Assembly (NCBI RefSeq): GCF_030684315.1
Contig: NC_081367.1
Span: 5,315,956 to 5,379,955 of the forward strand
Source: Stegostoma tigrinum
Lineage: Eukaryota
Direction: 5' to 3'
Length of the DNA stretch: 64,000 nucleotides
Shown here: one piece after another, positions 36,243-50,297 of the stretch
How positions within the stretch are numbered: position 1 is the first letter of the stretch
Layout of the letters: every line of letters starts with the position of its first letter
Translations under genes and position numbers: made by a program
Notes under the pieces: generated by a model
The model's database searches: none
Told to the model about the DNA's origin: nothing
The model's input: only the letters and a program-made list of their open reading frames with translations

Positions 36243-36342
36243 TGCGTGTATGCATGCATGTATATGACTGTATATGTGAATATCAGCGCGCATGCACACG
36301 CATATATGTGTACGGATGCGCGTACATGTGCCTGTGTGTCTG
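36243..36342. repeat. Degenerate alternating purine-pyrimidine tract
   Basis: TGCGTGTATGCATGCATGTATATG...GCGCATGCACACGCATATATGTGTACG seen directly. Confidence 0.8.
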
Positions 36343-37004
36343 TCATAATGTTGTTTTTAACTGCATAAAAGGAGAGAGAGGTTGTTGTCTGGACCATGGA
36401 GCTCCAAATGGCGGTGCTGATGTCAAGTCAACATTGCACACTGAGTAATATCATGATCATCCCACTCTGCATAGATCTGGCAAACATTAGTCATAGGCTT
36501 GCCACCCCCGTCAGGAATACATTGGCTGGCACACTTCATAACAAAACAGTCTTTTTGGAACCCTTGCAGTCTCTCTACTTACCAAGAAACATTTGCATAA
36601 CTACCTTAAATTAAGAAAAAGGAAATGCAGGAGGATTTTCTTTCAAAAAGAAGGTCGTGAACAGATTACTGGAAAATGTGATTTCAGGAACCTTAACTGA
36701 TTCCAAAAAAATAAAATCAGACCGCTTCTTGAATAGAATTGGTATATTGTGGATAGATAGACGAAACTGACTGAAGTTCTTCCCTTGCCTGAAACCATTA
36801 ATGTGAAATAAAACATTATGTAACAGGAACATTACTCTTATATCTATTTCAAATGATGGTGTATGTTTTGCTTGTATTATAAGTCTAACAGAATAAATCA
36901 CAACACTTCTGCTTTGTCTAAACAAGTCACATAGAAAATACAAATAAAATATGGATTCAGCTACAAAGATATGGTGATATTTCTTTAAACTGTTACCAAC
37001 TTAC

Positions 37005-37105
37005 ATTGTGATAGCTAACATTCAGCCAGCTACAGATACTGTGATTACTTGCTGAGCAGGGAGCTTTAGTAATACCAAGTTTCCAACTTTCCAATAATGG
37101 ACTAT
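37005..37105 (-). CDS. PIGX: PIGX coding exon 5
   Basis: (Y)SPLLESWKLGITKAPCSASNHSICSWLNVSYHN. Polypyrimidine acceptor, GTAAGT donor, 101 nt, phase 1->0. Confidence 0.92.
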
Positions 37106-38676
37106 CTAAAAAGAGATAAAAAGAGAATAAGAGGGGGTGATCCTCTTTACAAATCAGGATTTGATGCACTGAACAGATTAGATTAGACCTTTTGGAGTTC
37201 AGAAGAATGAAAACCATTCTTATTGAAACTTACAATATTCTAGGGCAGACTGGACAGCACAGATACTGGACCAATACTTATTCTTATGCAGTAAACTAGA
37301 ACTAAGGACATGGTTTATAAAATTAACACAGTTTAAAAAAATCTCCCTTTTTAAATGTTCCAGCTTTTATTGGAAAGAGGTGCTTCCTTCCTGGTGTGCT
37401 GATAGGTAGAAAAAGATGCAGCTATAGTGCAGGATAATTCTACCTGCAGTTACAAAGTGATCATGATCATCAGCAAGGAATTTAGATTGCCAGTAAGTTA
37501 TTAGCCTGGGTCCTCTGAAGTGGGGCAATCACCAATGTTCTGCTGTTTGGCTGGATCTTTACCCTAATTTAGTGCTGCTTTGCATTTCTTGCCAGGTGTA
37601 CTGAAAAATTGCTCTCCCAGAAATTGGTGCACAGGGACCCTTGGAATACTCCATCACATTTGAAAGGAGTTGGGTAGGAGGAAAAAGACAGACAGAGAGA
37701 CAGAAGGCAGGAAATGCCTGTTGTTTAAAGCACAAATTTCCAATGCTTGTAGGCAGGAGTGTCAGCAGTTCAACCAGTCAGGAGGGGTATTCAAGTCATA
37801 AGGGTACTCAGATCGCAGGAGACATACAGTGTGATCAGACAGGAAAGTAGGGGGTGTTAAGGGGTTGTCAGGGGTTTCATCTCTTTGAGTAGAGTGCAGT
37901 CAGGGGTTAAGGTGAGGCAGGGATGTAGTCAGGGATGCCGGGGGCGCTCGGTTGAATATTTACCAAGGGATTAGGCAAGGATGTTTCTCTCTAATATTTC
38001 TTAGGTAAATATCCATGTACGTACATTGGAACTGTGTGATATCTCCAACTCCAACTCAGATATTTTCCAAAAAATCATGAGCAGCAGTGGAATTTCCCAT
38101 TTTAAGTACAAATTTCCTGAGCAATTCCCATGGAAACAGTGCATCAGGACATGCATCTCCAGCTTTACATCCAGTCTCTGATGAACATATGGGTCATTCA
38201 TAGTACTGACAATTATGAAGTATAGTTGAATTTCACTAGAATCACTGCTAGGCGTTCTTTCAACAAGCTACACAGGAAAGGTTTAGAGGGATATGAGCCA
38301 AATACTGGCAAATGGGAGTAGCTTTACCCAGGATATATCATTGGCATGAACGAGTTGGACTGAAGGGCCTATTTTCATGCTATACGTCTCTATGACACTA
38401 CTATTAATTTTTGGTAGAATCAAATCAAAGCCAATTCCTTTCATCTTAGACTGTACCATGAATCGCTTTCCCACCCACCGTTACCTTCCTTTCCCACTGC
38501 CCCCAATTTCGCTTCCCAAAATGAAATAAAGAATGTAGGTTTTGGATGGGGAACAAGACAATAGTTATGCTTTATAAAACCATAACCAAGCAGTAGCATG
38601 AGTCAAGAGAGAGGGCAGTGATATGTGAGGTAAATAAACCAAAACTGGAAGGCACCAATTCTAATTTGTTACATAC

Positions 38677-38890
38677 ATTCCTGACAGTGAATCATCAAAT
38701 GCGGATCTGCAAGGGTCATCAAAGCAGTGGCTTCCTTTGTGTCTGTTGGCCGATGATATCGTACATGTAGTGGGACTGCTCCAGTAAAATGTCCATTATA
38801 TCTAGGATCAGGTTTCAGATAGATGTTGATTGAATGTGCTGCTGACAAATATTCCGGAGCTTCAATATCGATCTCATTCTGAACGAATAT
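38677..38890 (-). CDS. PIGX: PIGX coding exon 4
   Basis: IFVQNEIDIEAPEYLS...VPLHVRYHRP...DPHLMIHCQE, containing the PIG-X/PBN1 DIEAP and PxHxRYH motifs. 214 nt, phase 0->1, GTATGT donor. Confidence 0.95.
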
Positions 38891-40682
38891 CTACACATAC
38901 ATTGCAAATGTTTAGAAAGCACCAATAGCAAGAAGTAAGCAATAACCACTGTCAGTCGCTACATCCAAGTGAATAACACTCAACATTCAGAACTACCAGC
39001 TGTAAATCATCAGCATTAGCACCTCTGCAGCTGGAGAAATCAGTGACATTGCTAATCAAAATGAATACATAGTAACTGTGACAGTGCATCCAATTTCACA
39101 ATATTAATATTAGAATACACACTAACTTTTACACTGCAACCAGGTCCAACAGGACTTGACTGAAACGGTCTCTGGCATTCATTTTATCAGGCACTGCAGC
39201 TGCATGTGTACAGAATTAGCTGTCACAATATGTCTAATAAAAAAAGAGAGTATTCAGGCATAATGTTGTCAACACTAAAACATGGCAGCAACTCTCTTAG
39301 AAGCCTCAGCAAAATCAGCAACAGGCAGCAACTTCAATGGATAATAGATCTAAATAAATGCCAAGTTTACCATGTTATCATAGCTATTAGTCAAAGCATT
39401 ATAAGAGCAGTGTACCGCTGTAAATAGGTCTGAAATTGAGTTCAAGATGGATTGTGATATCCACCTCATTTTATTCTTGGGTAGGAATTACTTAATGGGA
39501 CACAGTAAAAATGTTTATCGTACATGCAGTACTTCCCTTTGCTTGATGGGGATATTGTAATTTTAGCCTGCAACAATTTATATTTATCTGGCACCTTTAA
39601 CATTAGTTAAGTGTCTAAGGTATTTCACTGAGGCATAATAAAACAAAGCATGACACCCAGCCACATAAGGAGATATTAGCTGGTGGAGGCAAGTCAATTT
39701 AAGTATTTAAAAACAAGTAAGACAGTTCCCTGCAAAGGAATAAAATGTGCAGGAATTCATGGAGATGGCCAAGGAAAGGCATGAAGCAAATGAATCATTC
39801 TGAGAACCACTGCAATTAAGGTGGACCAAATAGCCTTCTTCTGCACTGTAACAACTTTGTGACAGATTCCAGAAAAGATGGGGGCAAATCTGGGAGATGG
39901 CAACATTTTGAACTTTTTGAAGTAGGAGAAGACACAAATGAAACGGGAGTTATAAGGACGGTGGGTAAAGGTTTGTCTTTTTTAAAGGAGGGGAAGATAG
40001 TGGCAGATATGAATGTTTGATGGACAGAACCTAATGAGAGGGAACCAGTAACAATATCAGCTAACACAGGAGCCAGGACAGGAAATAAACACAGATGACT
40101 GGAGTAACTCGGTAGTAATGTTAATACTGTATCTCTCTATACAGAGCTGCTAGACTGGCTGAGTTTCTCAAGCTTTGTGTTTGTTTCAGATTTCTGCACA
40201 TTTTACCTTTAGTCAGGAACAGAAATTGGGCTGGCAGAGAAGAAGGCATCACCGGCCAGGCAGCATTTATTGTCCATCCCTAATTGTCCACAGGACAGTT
40301 AAACGTCAAGCACATTGCTGTGGGTTTGGAATCACTTGTAGGCCAGAGCAGGTAAGAACGGCAGTTTCCTACTCTAAAGGACATTAGAGACCCCGATGAG
40401 CTTTCCCAACAAGTGGCAATGGATTCACGGTCATTATTAGACTCTAAATTCTAGACATTTTATTGAATTCAAATTACACCATCTGCCGTGGTGGGATTCA
40501 AACCCATGCCCCCAGAACACTATCTGGGTCTCTGGGTTAACAGTCCAGAGATCATACCATTAGGCCACTACCTTCCCGATGCACTTAGCAGAGATGGATG
40601 TTAACACTGACATAATTAAAATGATCTTCAAACACCCCCATAATGACAAATAATAAAAAAATGCAGATTGAGTTTCTCATAC

Positions 40683-40818
40683 CTCTTCACTCTTCTGCTC
40701 TCGTAGTGAAGCAAGTTCATATGGATCCACGTAAAGTCCTGGTGGTAACCGCTCCTTAATCATAACACAACAGCTCTGTTGAGCATTTTCACCAAGGTCA
40801 ACATCCATTATTAACTCT
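40683..40818 (-). CDS. PIGX: PIGX coding exon 3
   Basis: (R)ELIMDVDLGENAQQSCCVMIKERLPPGLYVDPYELASLREQKSEE, containing the PIG-X GLYVDPYEL motif. 136 nt, phase 2->0. Confidence 0.95.
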
Positions 40819-40847
40819 CTACAAAATGTAACAAGCAGTCAATTAGT

Positions 40848-43400
40848 CATAGATAGAGTCATAGAGATTTACAGCACGGAGACAAGCCATTCAGCCCAAA
40901 CAGGTCCACGCTGACCAAAATGACCATTTACGCCAACCCCATTTCCCTGTTCTTGGACGATATCCTTCTAAACATTTCCTATCCATTTGCGTACCACCTG
41001 CTGCGTTAAAAAAAGTTGCCCCTCAGGTTCCCAAATATTCTTGCCCCTCTTACCTTAAACTGATGCCCTCTAGTCCTTGATTCCCCAACCTTGGGAAAAA
41101 GACTGAGTGCATTCACCCTATAACATGCCTCTAATGATCTTGTACATTTCTATAAAATTCCACCTCAGTCTCTTATGCTCTAAAGAAAAAAAGTCCTGGC
41201 TTGTCCAACATCTCCCTATAACTCAGTCCCTTTTGTCCTGGCAACCTTCTTGCAAATTGCTTCTGCACTATTTCCAGTTTAATAACATCCTTCCTACAGC
41301 AAGGTGACCAAAACTGAACACAATACTTCAAGTGCGGCCTCAGCAACGTCCTGTACAACTGCAACATAACTTCCCAACTTTTGTACTAATGCTCTGACTT
41401 CTGAAGGCCAGTGTGCCAAAAGCCTTCTTCACTGCCCTGTCTACCTGTGACTCCACTTTCAGAGAGCCAAGCGCGTGAACTCCAATGTCCCTCTGCTCCA
41501 ATACACTTCTTAATGCTCCACCATGCACCACGAAACTCTTACCTTGATTTGACTTTCCAAAATGCAACACCTCATACTTATCTTTATTAAACTGCATCTG
41601 CCATTTCTCGGCCCACTTGTCTAGCTAATCAAGTTCCTGCTGCAATTTCTGATAACCTTTCCCACTGTCTACGATACCACCTACTTTAGTTTCCACAAAC
41701 TTACTAACCATGCCTCATGATTCTCATCCAACCGTTGATATAGATAACAAACAGCAGTTGGCCCAGCACTGACCACTGAGGCACACCACTAATCACAGGC
41801 CTCCAGTCTGACAAACATCCCTCCACTACTACTGTCTGCTTCCTGCCATCAAATCAATTATGTATCCAATTTGCCAACTTTCATTGGATTCCACACAATC
41901 TAACCTTCCAAAGCAGCCTACCATGTGGAACCTTATCAAAGGCCTTAGTGAAATCCATATGTAGACTATGTCAACCAATCTGCTCTCATCAACCATCCTA
42001 GTCACTTCATCAAAGATTTCGAACAAATTTGTGAGGCATGATCTCCCATGCCCGAAGCCATGCTAACTACTCCCAATCAAACCGTGACTTTCCAAATGCA
42101 TGTATAACTTATCCCTCATGCAACTTACCTACCACAGATGTTAGGATTACTGGTCTATAATTCCCAGGTTTTTCTTTGCGGCCCTTCACGAGAAAGGGCA
42201 CAACACTAGCTGCCGTTCAGTATTCCGGGACCTCACTCGTGGCTAACTATGATGCAGATGCATCAGCCAGGGAACCCACAATTTCTTCTCTAGCCTCTTG
42301 CAGGTTTTTGGATATATCTGATCAGGACCAGGAGATGTATCCACTTTCATACATTCTGATATTTCCAACACCTCCTCTACTGTGATAGGGACTGTCCCCA
42401 AGATATCACTACTGACTTTGCCAAGTTCCCAAGTCTTTATGTATTTTTCCACGGTAAACACAGAGGAGAAATATTCCTTGAGGACCTCGCCCATCTGCTC
42501 TGGTTCCACACATACATGTCCACTTTGGTCCTTGAGGAGTGCTGTTTTTCTCTCTAGTTATTCTTTTTCCTTTACTAGACTTAAATAATTTCTTTGAATT
42601 CACTCTAATCTTCTCAGCCAAAGCTATCTTGTGCCCCCTTTTTACCCTCCTGATTTCATTCTTCAGTAAACTCCTGTATCCACCAAATGCCTCCAGGGAT
42701 TCCCTTGATCCAAGCTGTCTGTACCTGAGACATACCTCCTCATTAAGGGTTCCCGACTCCTGCCAACCTTGCCTTTCACATTAATAGGAACATACAGACC
42801 TTGAGCTCTAGCTACCACACTTTTAGAGGCTTCCCACTTGCCAGACGTCCCTGCAAACAAACTAATCAAGTTCCTGCAAAGTCCTGTCCAATTCCATCAA
42901 AATTCACCTTGCCCAATTCAGAATTTGAGCCTGTGGACCAGTTTTGTCCTTCTCCATAACTATTTTAAAATTAATAAAGCTATGGTGACTAGCCCCATTG
43001 TGCCCACCCACTGTCACCTCAGTTACCTGTCCTGCTCTATTTCCCAAAAGTAGGTCAAGTTTTGCCCGTTCCCAAGTAGGGTCCTCTTTATACTGCTTGA
43101 GGAAACTTTCCTGAACACAGTTAACAAATTCCACACCATCTAAGACCTTAACACTATTGTAGTCCCAGTCTATGTTAGAGAAATTAAAATCCCCACTATG
43201 ACAACCCTATTTTGCCTGCAAGTCTCCGCAATCTTCCCGCATATTTGTTCCCCTGATTCCAATTTATTATTTGGCGACCTATAGTACAGCTCCAATAAGG
43301 CCACCATCTCCTTCTTATTTCTTAGCTCCACCCACAAAGCCTCACTGGATGATCCCTCAGTTATTTCATCTCTGACTACTGCTGCGATACTCACCTTAAT
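40848..43400 (-). mobile_element. Degenerate CR1 LINE ORF2 (APE and RT pieces, internally deleted) with 3' tail
   Basis: Fragments SSEALWVELRNKK, AKLDLLLGN, LKEYFSSVFT, SPGPDQIYP, LYRTLLRPHLKYCVQFWSPC. Confidence 0.9.
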
Positions 43401-45727
43401 TGCAAGAAGTCAGGTCCTTAAACTACTCATCAATGCTTTCTCCAAATTCACCACATGAACAACATGGTATTGAGATTCATTTTGTCATTTTCCATGTTTT
43501 ATTTTAACCTTAATAGATTGTTGCAACTCTGTCTCATTGGGTGAAGACATCACACAGGATTGAAGCTTTAGAAGAGAAAATTCACAATGTTGCCTTGTAT
43601 ACAGTGTATACAGAAGCATACCATACTTTACAGAACAGAAATGGAAACACAAGATAGGCAATTGATGGATTAGTGTCGAAATGCAGTGGGAGAAAATGTT
43701 TGGTCTTTTTTGGAATTTATAGGATACTATCATACAAGTTTGAGGAGACAGAACTTGGAAAATGTTAAATTAGTACTCTTTATTCAATGAGGGTAATAAG
43801 ATAATAAAATATAACCTTTCAATATGAGGTCTGTACATGAGGTGCCAAAATACTCAAATGCCCCAGGAGATATCACTACAGCTACATAAAAACCTATAAA
43901 GTAGGAGCAGGAGGCAGTCATTTGGTCTTTTGAGCTCTCACGGCCATTTGGTAAGTTCATCAGAGATAGTAGGAACTGCCTATGCTGGAGAATCTGAGGT
44001 AACACGGTGTGAGGCGGCATGAAGTCAACAATGGCTGACTACTTATTCAGAGATCCTGACTTCGAGTTGTATATTCCTCAAGAAGAAACAGCCTCTCAGC
44101 AACTGCCTTACAAATGTTTTATGTTTTAGTGAGAACACCTCCCAATTGGTTAAAGACTATCAGAAATATGCCTAGTCTACTCAAGCTTTCCTCTTGGGAG
44201 AAACTCTCATCCGAGGAAGCAGTCTAATGAACTTCTTTCACTCCTCCTAGAGCAATTCATCCTTCCTGAATGAAGGAAAGCAAAACAGTACACAGTACAG
44301 TATCCCAGAGCATAGTCTCATCAAGGTCTGACTTTCCAAACTAAGATTGTTTTTGTCTACTTTTTCTATACAATTTTTCATTATTAGAGCAATCCTCCTT
44401 TTCCATCTGATCTCTCTCTTCTAAACATCAAGTATCTAGGAATATTTAATTCCCAACCTTAGTTTTCCTGTAATCACATCTGTATAACAGTGTTTAGATG
44501 CAAAACGTTTATTAATATCTAGCTTTCTGTGACTTATTAAGAAGAACACATAGGTCCCATTGGACATCAATACTTTCCTATCGCTCAGCATTTAAGAAAA
44601 TTCACTGTACCTTTATTTCTCCTACTAAAGTGGAGGACCTCAAAATACTCATTTGCCATAGTGTTGAAAACTCTCAGTTTGTTCAAATTTCTTGAAACCT
44701 CTTTGCATCCTCTGCACAACACTCATTCTCATCAGAGTCTGAGTCATCAGCAAAATTTGGAAATGTCACAATTGGTTCCCACATCCAAATCAGTGATATA
44801 GATTGCGAGCTGCTGAGGGCCAAACAATGATCCTTGCAGTTTTTCACTGGTCACAGTCTGCCAACTTGAGACTGACCCATTTATTCGTACTCCCTTTTTT
44901 TTAAAACTCTTAACCATTTACAGAGTCAGAGGGTCATACAGCACAGAAACAGGCCCTTTCACCAATCCTCAACCTCTATTAGTATATTACCCTCAATCCT
45001 ATTCACTTTAGTAGTGATTACAAATACCTGTGCAGGACTATATTAAAAGTCCTCTGAAAATCCAAATATACTACATCAACTGGTTCCCCGATTGGCTCTG
45101 CTAGCAACATCCTCAAAATCCTCTATACTATTGGTTCCCACATGGATCATAAGAATGACTTTATCCCACTTCCACCCAAAGTTCTTCTCCAGCTTCAAGG
45201 AGTTGTCTTTAACCCAAACGTCATGCAGGTAACACATCCTTCAGGATTCTGGTCATGGCTGCATTGAACAGTGGCTACAATGTCTTCTCGATTCCACATG
45301 TTTGGAAAAGAAAATCACAATTTTAGTCTCAAAATGCTGGAGATTCAAAGATATTTTTTAGAGCTCACCATATGACCGGTACACCAATGCACTACTGTTC
45401 AGCAGCTGAGTGGACTGCAGAAGAAAATGTGTGATCCTGGATGTGTAACCTCAATGATTAATTCTTAGCACTCTACAAATCATAAAAATGTAATAATACT
45501 TATCCCCTAAATATACGGCTCCTCCTTCCTCTTCCTAACTATAATGGTCAACAGTACAATGATCACCTTGTTTATCCACCCTAAAGCCCTTGGCTCCATC
45601 AACATAGAGCTTCCAAGCTATTGTATAAGGGCAAATGCTAAAACTCCTCCAGCACTTCACCCAGGGTTCCCTTAACAAGCATCTAGTAGAATTATGTAGC
45701 CTATATAGAAGAAACTGATCAATGATT

Positions 45728-45878
45728 TTACCTGTACAAACACAGAACAGTAACATTCCATACACAGTATGAGTCACTATTTAATAGGTGGAATTGGGTA
45801 AGAATATTTTTCAAATTTAGGAGATGCATAGAAATTTCTTCCAAATATCTTGCTACTGAAATCTGGAAAGATCTAAAA
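45728..45878. repeat. Local duplicate of the PIGX exon 2 acceptor region (copy of ~46618-46828)
   Basis: Shared TTACCTG(T/C)ACAAA...TTAATAGGTGGAATTGGGTAAGAA...TCAAATTTAGGAGATGCATAGAAATTTC...TGCTACTGAAATCTG. Confidence 0.9.
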
Positions 45879-46542
45879 CTTCAATGAGTTGTATTCCTCA
45901 AAGTTACATAGGACAAATATATTTATCATAGTGGTTTCACTGCCTTACTATATGCACCCTGCAGATAGTTGCTACTTTTTAGTTCATTAGTTTTCACCCT
46001 CTGCTGTATGCATCTCTTGTGTTTTATTTCCTTCAACGTATTTCCAAGAGTACCAATTTTCTGAATTTTATTCTGAAATTTATTCTAGCTCCTCTTACCC
46101 CCACCGTTGCCACTGTGATAAATGCCTGTCAGATTTGATTTCATTGAGTACAGGATATAACAGAGAACAGAGTACAGGATACAATGTTACAGCTGCCGAG
46201 AACGTGCAGACAGGGAGGATCAACATTAACATTAGAGGTCTATTCAAAAGCCTGGTAACATACAGCATCTTTGTGCGCTTTAACATAATTCTAACTCGGC
46301 ATTACGCACTTCTGTATAATGACAGACTTTTTCTATTTAATAATCCATATGTGCCTTTTCTTAAAGAATACATTCTCAGCCCTAAAATCTGTTACATTAT
46401 TTACTAATTTGTCCAGTTAAATGAATGCTAATATGACAAAGACAAGATTTGGAAAAGCGCCCTGCTTCAACCAATTCTGCTTCCATTAGTCATCTCGAGT
46501 TAAAATAATGCAGAAATATATTTATAATCTGTCAGTTCTTAC

Positions 46543-46621
46543 CTATGAAATCCATTCTTTGCAATATGTCTGTTCAAACTCGCTGATCGAAGCCAGGACT
46601 CAGAGTGCAAAGGATCATTAC
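46543..46621 (-). CDS. PIGX: PIGX coding exon 2
   Basis: (C)NDPLHSESWLRSASLNRHIAKNGFH(R), containing the PIG-X GFHR motif. Acceptor tttgtgcag, donor GTAAGA, 79 nt, phase 1->2. Confidence 0.92.
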
Positions 46622-47099
46622 CTGCACAAACAGAAAACAGTAACATTCCACACTCAGTATGAGTCAGTATTTAATAGGTGGAATTGGGTAAGAATTTTTT
46701 TTTCAAATTTAGGAGATGCATAGAAATTTCCCATCTGTGTCCCCTTCTCCCACTAAGTCTTTTCCAGCATATTCTGGAGAAAATTTTCTTCCAAATATCA
46801 TGCTACTGAAATCTGTAAAGATCTAAAAGCTTACTACTTGAATTCTAGGGCAGCTAGATGTCAAGAAAAGCTGAAGATGTGAGATTTCACATAGCATGTA
46901 AGTAGGAAATGGCAGAATGCCACTTAAAGAACTGCCATAATGACATGTCTAGGAAATCAATTCATCAAACTATTCCTTAAAATAGGCACAGAATAAAGAG
47001 AAAGCAGGAAAGGAGGAAGCATTTGCATTTATATCATGTCTTTGATGACCTCAGAGCATGCCAATGCAATTATCAACCAAAGAAGTACTTTCTTTTGAA

Positions 47100-47520
47100 G
47101 TATCGGCATACTCAGTGGGGAAGACTTCTCACTCAGCAGGCTTTGAGTTCATGTCCCATTCCAGAAAATCAAGCTGAAAAAACTAGGGTAATGTTCCAAT
47201 TTGGTACAAAAAGAGTGCTGAACTGTCAGAAATACTGTGTTTCAGCTGAGATGCTGAACCAAGACCCTGCCTGCTCTCACAAATGAATATTAATGGTGCC
47301 ATAACAATTTCCAAACAAAAGCAGCTATCTTTGCGAATATAGACCCCTCAAAAAATTGTGGTCAACATCATATTGTTCTTTATGGAATTTTGTTGGGTTC
47401 AAACTGATTACACGTTTACTATTTAACATCAGTGATTGCACTTCAAATTAACATGCTTAGCTGTAAAGTACTTTGAGATGTCCTGGGACAAGATGTGATA
47501 TAAATACAAGTTTTTCTTTC
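47100..47520 (+). mobile_element. Old DeuSINE-like SINE
   Basis: Deu-domain-like body (GTGCTGAACTGTCAGA...GAGATGCTGAACCAAGACCC) and tail GTAAAGTACTTTGAGATGTCC...TATAAATACAAG. Confidence 0.55.
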
Positions 47521-48159
47521 TTCAATCACAATTGTAATATTGAAACATTAATGTGAGAATAATAGACCTCATTTATAACTAATTATACGGAAGATACCTG
47601 AAATTTGGCCAACAGTCCGGCACACAGAAAAACATACCTTTCCAAATTGATCACCAACTTCTGACAAAATTGAGTTCTTTGAACAAGTAATGGAGAGAGT
47701 TGGTAAGAGTAATTGAATCTTATATGAACTTCCAAAAGGCATGTGATAGAAGTTCTAAATAATAGAATTGTTAGTAAAACTAAAGTCTGGACATGTACAG
47801 TTGGCTAAGGACGGTATACAGTGATGTTCCCCAGTTGTTCTCAGAATCAGGATCACACTTTTTTTAAACCCTGTAGCTGAACATACAAGGCATGATTTAA
47901 AAGTCTGCAATGACAAAATATTTCAAAATATAAACAGTGAGGAGGATCATGGAAGAACTCAGAAAGATGTTGTGGGCAAAAACATGGCAGATGAAATTTA
48001 ACAAATGTGAGGTGATGCATTTTAAAATAACAGATGACAGAAATTAACTACAACAATCTTAACTATTGTGCAGGAACAGAAAGGCCTGAGAAAGGCAAAT
48101 GTGAGCACTGTGTTCCCCAACTTGAAAGAAAAAAATGCTTTCTCTTAAATGAGTGGCAC

Positions 48160-48325
48160 AAGGGCCCAACATTCTCTGAACTTGAAGCATTAGCACTGCA
48201 TGTTCCCTAAACCTAGGAGTATTAGGGCTGTGTGTTCCCAGAACCTAGTAGGAGTAGCAGTAGCACTAGCACTGAGTGTTTTCTGAACTTGAGAATATTA
48301 GTGCTGCGAGTTCTTGTAACTGGTG
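48160..48325 (+). repeat. Degenerate minisatellite, unit ~32 bp, 4-5 copies
   Basis: Recurring TAGCACTG..TGTT(C/T)...AAC(C/T)T..GA.TAT units. Confidence 0.6.
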
Positions 48326-48954
48326 TCAGTGGTTTGTCACTGAATATTGTAATGCATTAAATTGAGGTCAAGATCATTTTTCTTCAAGGGCTAGATTTTG
48401 ATTTTCAGGAGCTCCTTTTCTCATTTTATCAGCTCTACAGTGATGCAGCCATACATTGTACTAGATGGTACCATTTTAATATGGTGAATTCTTTTCAGAT
48501 TGCCTTCTTTAAATAAGGTAGCATTGTGATGCCACATTTGTGGGTTACAAGTCCTAGCACCTGGCTGATCAAATCAAATGTTGTGAGGAGGCATGCCACT
48601 ACCAGATACCTCAAAAAAAAAACCGTTCTCTTTGTATGCCCCACATATGGCCTTCCATTACAAAAAAAGAAAGGCATCATTCATTTCAAAGGCTGCTCCC
48701 AACAATTTTCAGATCAAAATGGAATAAAACATGGAGCTTAACTCCTACCGTTTTATTCATTTTCTCCGTACCAGTGACTTATGCTTTCTCTGCTGACATG
48801 GAAGGACTGCTGCTCCATACATGACTTGATGGAAAATGTCAGCTGCCCATCAATGAAGATGACAATTTTGAGCTGTGGACTTCATCTCCACAAATGACAC
48901 ATGGTTTCAGAAGCTCCAGAGTCAATGTCAGCCTTGAAAACGAAGTGTCAGCAG

Positions 48955-49540
48955 ACGATTGCCTTCATTGGTCAGTACCAATGAGTATTAGAGGTCGGAA
49001 GGCATGTTATGGCTTCACAGGACATTAGTTAAGCCACTTTTAGAATACTGCACACAATTCTTGTCAACCTCCTGTAGGAAGGATGTTGTTAACCTTGAGA
49101 GGATGCAGAAAGTATTTATAAGGATGTTGCCAGGACTGGAGGGAGATGTTTAATTGGCTGGAGATTTCTCTTCCTGGAATATCAGAGGTTGAGGGGTGAC
49201 CTTGTAGAGGTTTATAAAGTCAAGAGAGATATGGATAGGGTGAATAGCCAAGGCCTTTTCCCCAAGAGTATGGGGAAACTACATGGTATAGCTTTAAAGT
49301 GAGATGGGGGAAGATTTAAAACAACCTGAGGGGTAACTTTTTCATGCAGAGGGTGATGCATTATTGGATCAAGCTACCAGAGCACATGGTCGAGGCACGT
49401 ATAAACACAACATTTAAAAGGCATCTGGATGGGTATATGAATAGGAAGGAACAAGGGATATAGGCCAAATGCTGACAAAGGAGTCCAGGTCAGATTGGGA
49501 TGTCTAGGCTGTCTTGTTGGTGCCAAAGAGTTGGTTTCTA
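48955..49540 (+). mobile_element. CR1 LINE 3' fragment
   Basis: Similar to the CR1 at 17990-18441 / 21140-21265. Confidence 0.75.
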
Positions 49541-50297
49541 TAGATCATCCCACCTTCATAAGGGCCAAAACTGAAACAAAAACAGTAAGTGCTGGAAATA
49601 CTAAGGATGTCTGACAACACCTGCAGAAAGAAAGACAGACACTCCACATTTCAAGTTAATGACGATTCATCTTTTAACCTTTCATTGGACAAGAATGTCA
49701 ACCTGTTCCCCCCCCCCCAGTAATGCTGCCAAACCTGCTGTGTGTATTTCCAGCAATTTCTGTTTTTGCTGCAGATTTCCAACATATGCAGTTTTAAATG
49801 CCACAACATTCAAAGTTATTGGCGTAGCGTTGGAAAGTGTAGATTTGGTCCAGCTTTGGCGTTACAGGCGTGATGGGCCGAAGGGCCTGGTCTGTGCTGC
49901 ACGATTCTACTGGGCTTTTCGCTGAGGGACAAGTTTAATTTTGTGGCAGACTTAACCTTTCCAGAAACAGTTTACTATTGACGAGGAGGCCAGCACACGA
50001 CTTCACTTCAGTTGACCCAAGTTCTGAGTTGCATTTCCAGCCATTTCTCAGAGATGAGGCGGAGGCAGACACTGTTATTCCCCCCAGCTCGGAGCGTTGG
50101 GGGGGGGGGGGGGGGGGGCGTTGCTCAAAGAGGCGTTAGCCTTCCCTGACAACGCCGTCAGACATCGCCGAAAACTGGACGGCGCCCACGACCTGCCACT
50201 CAACTGAGAGTAAATCAGGCTCTTTCTCGGTCTCTGCTCATAAACAGCCCCCCGCCGGCTCTCCGAGACCCACAGGCCACCCTATAATTACTCTTAC

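Noticed and set aside
48160-48325. CRISPR-like repeat-spacer array
   Set aside because: Units are contiguous and degenerate with no unique spacers, and the context is a vertebrate intron; treated as a minisatellite.
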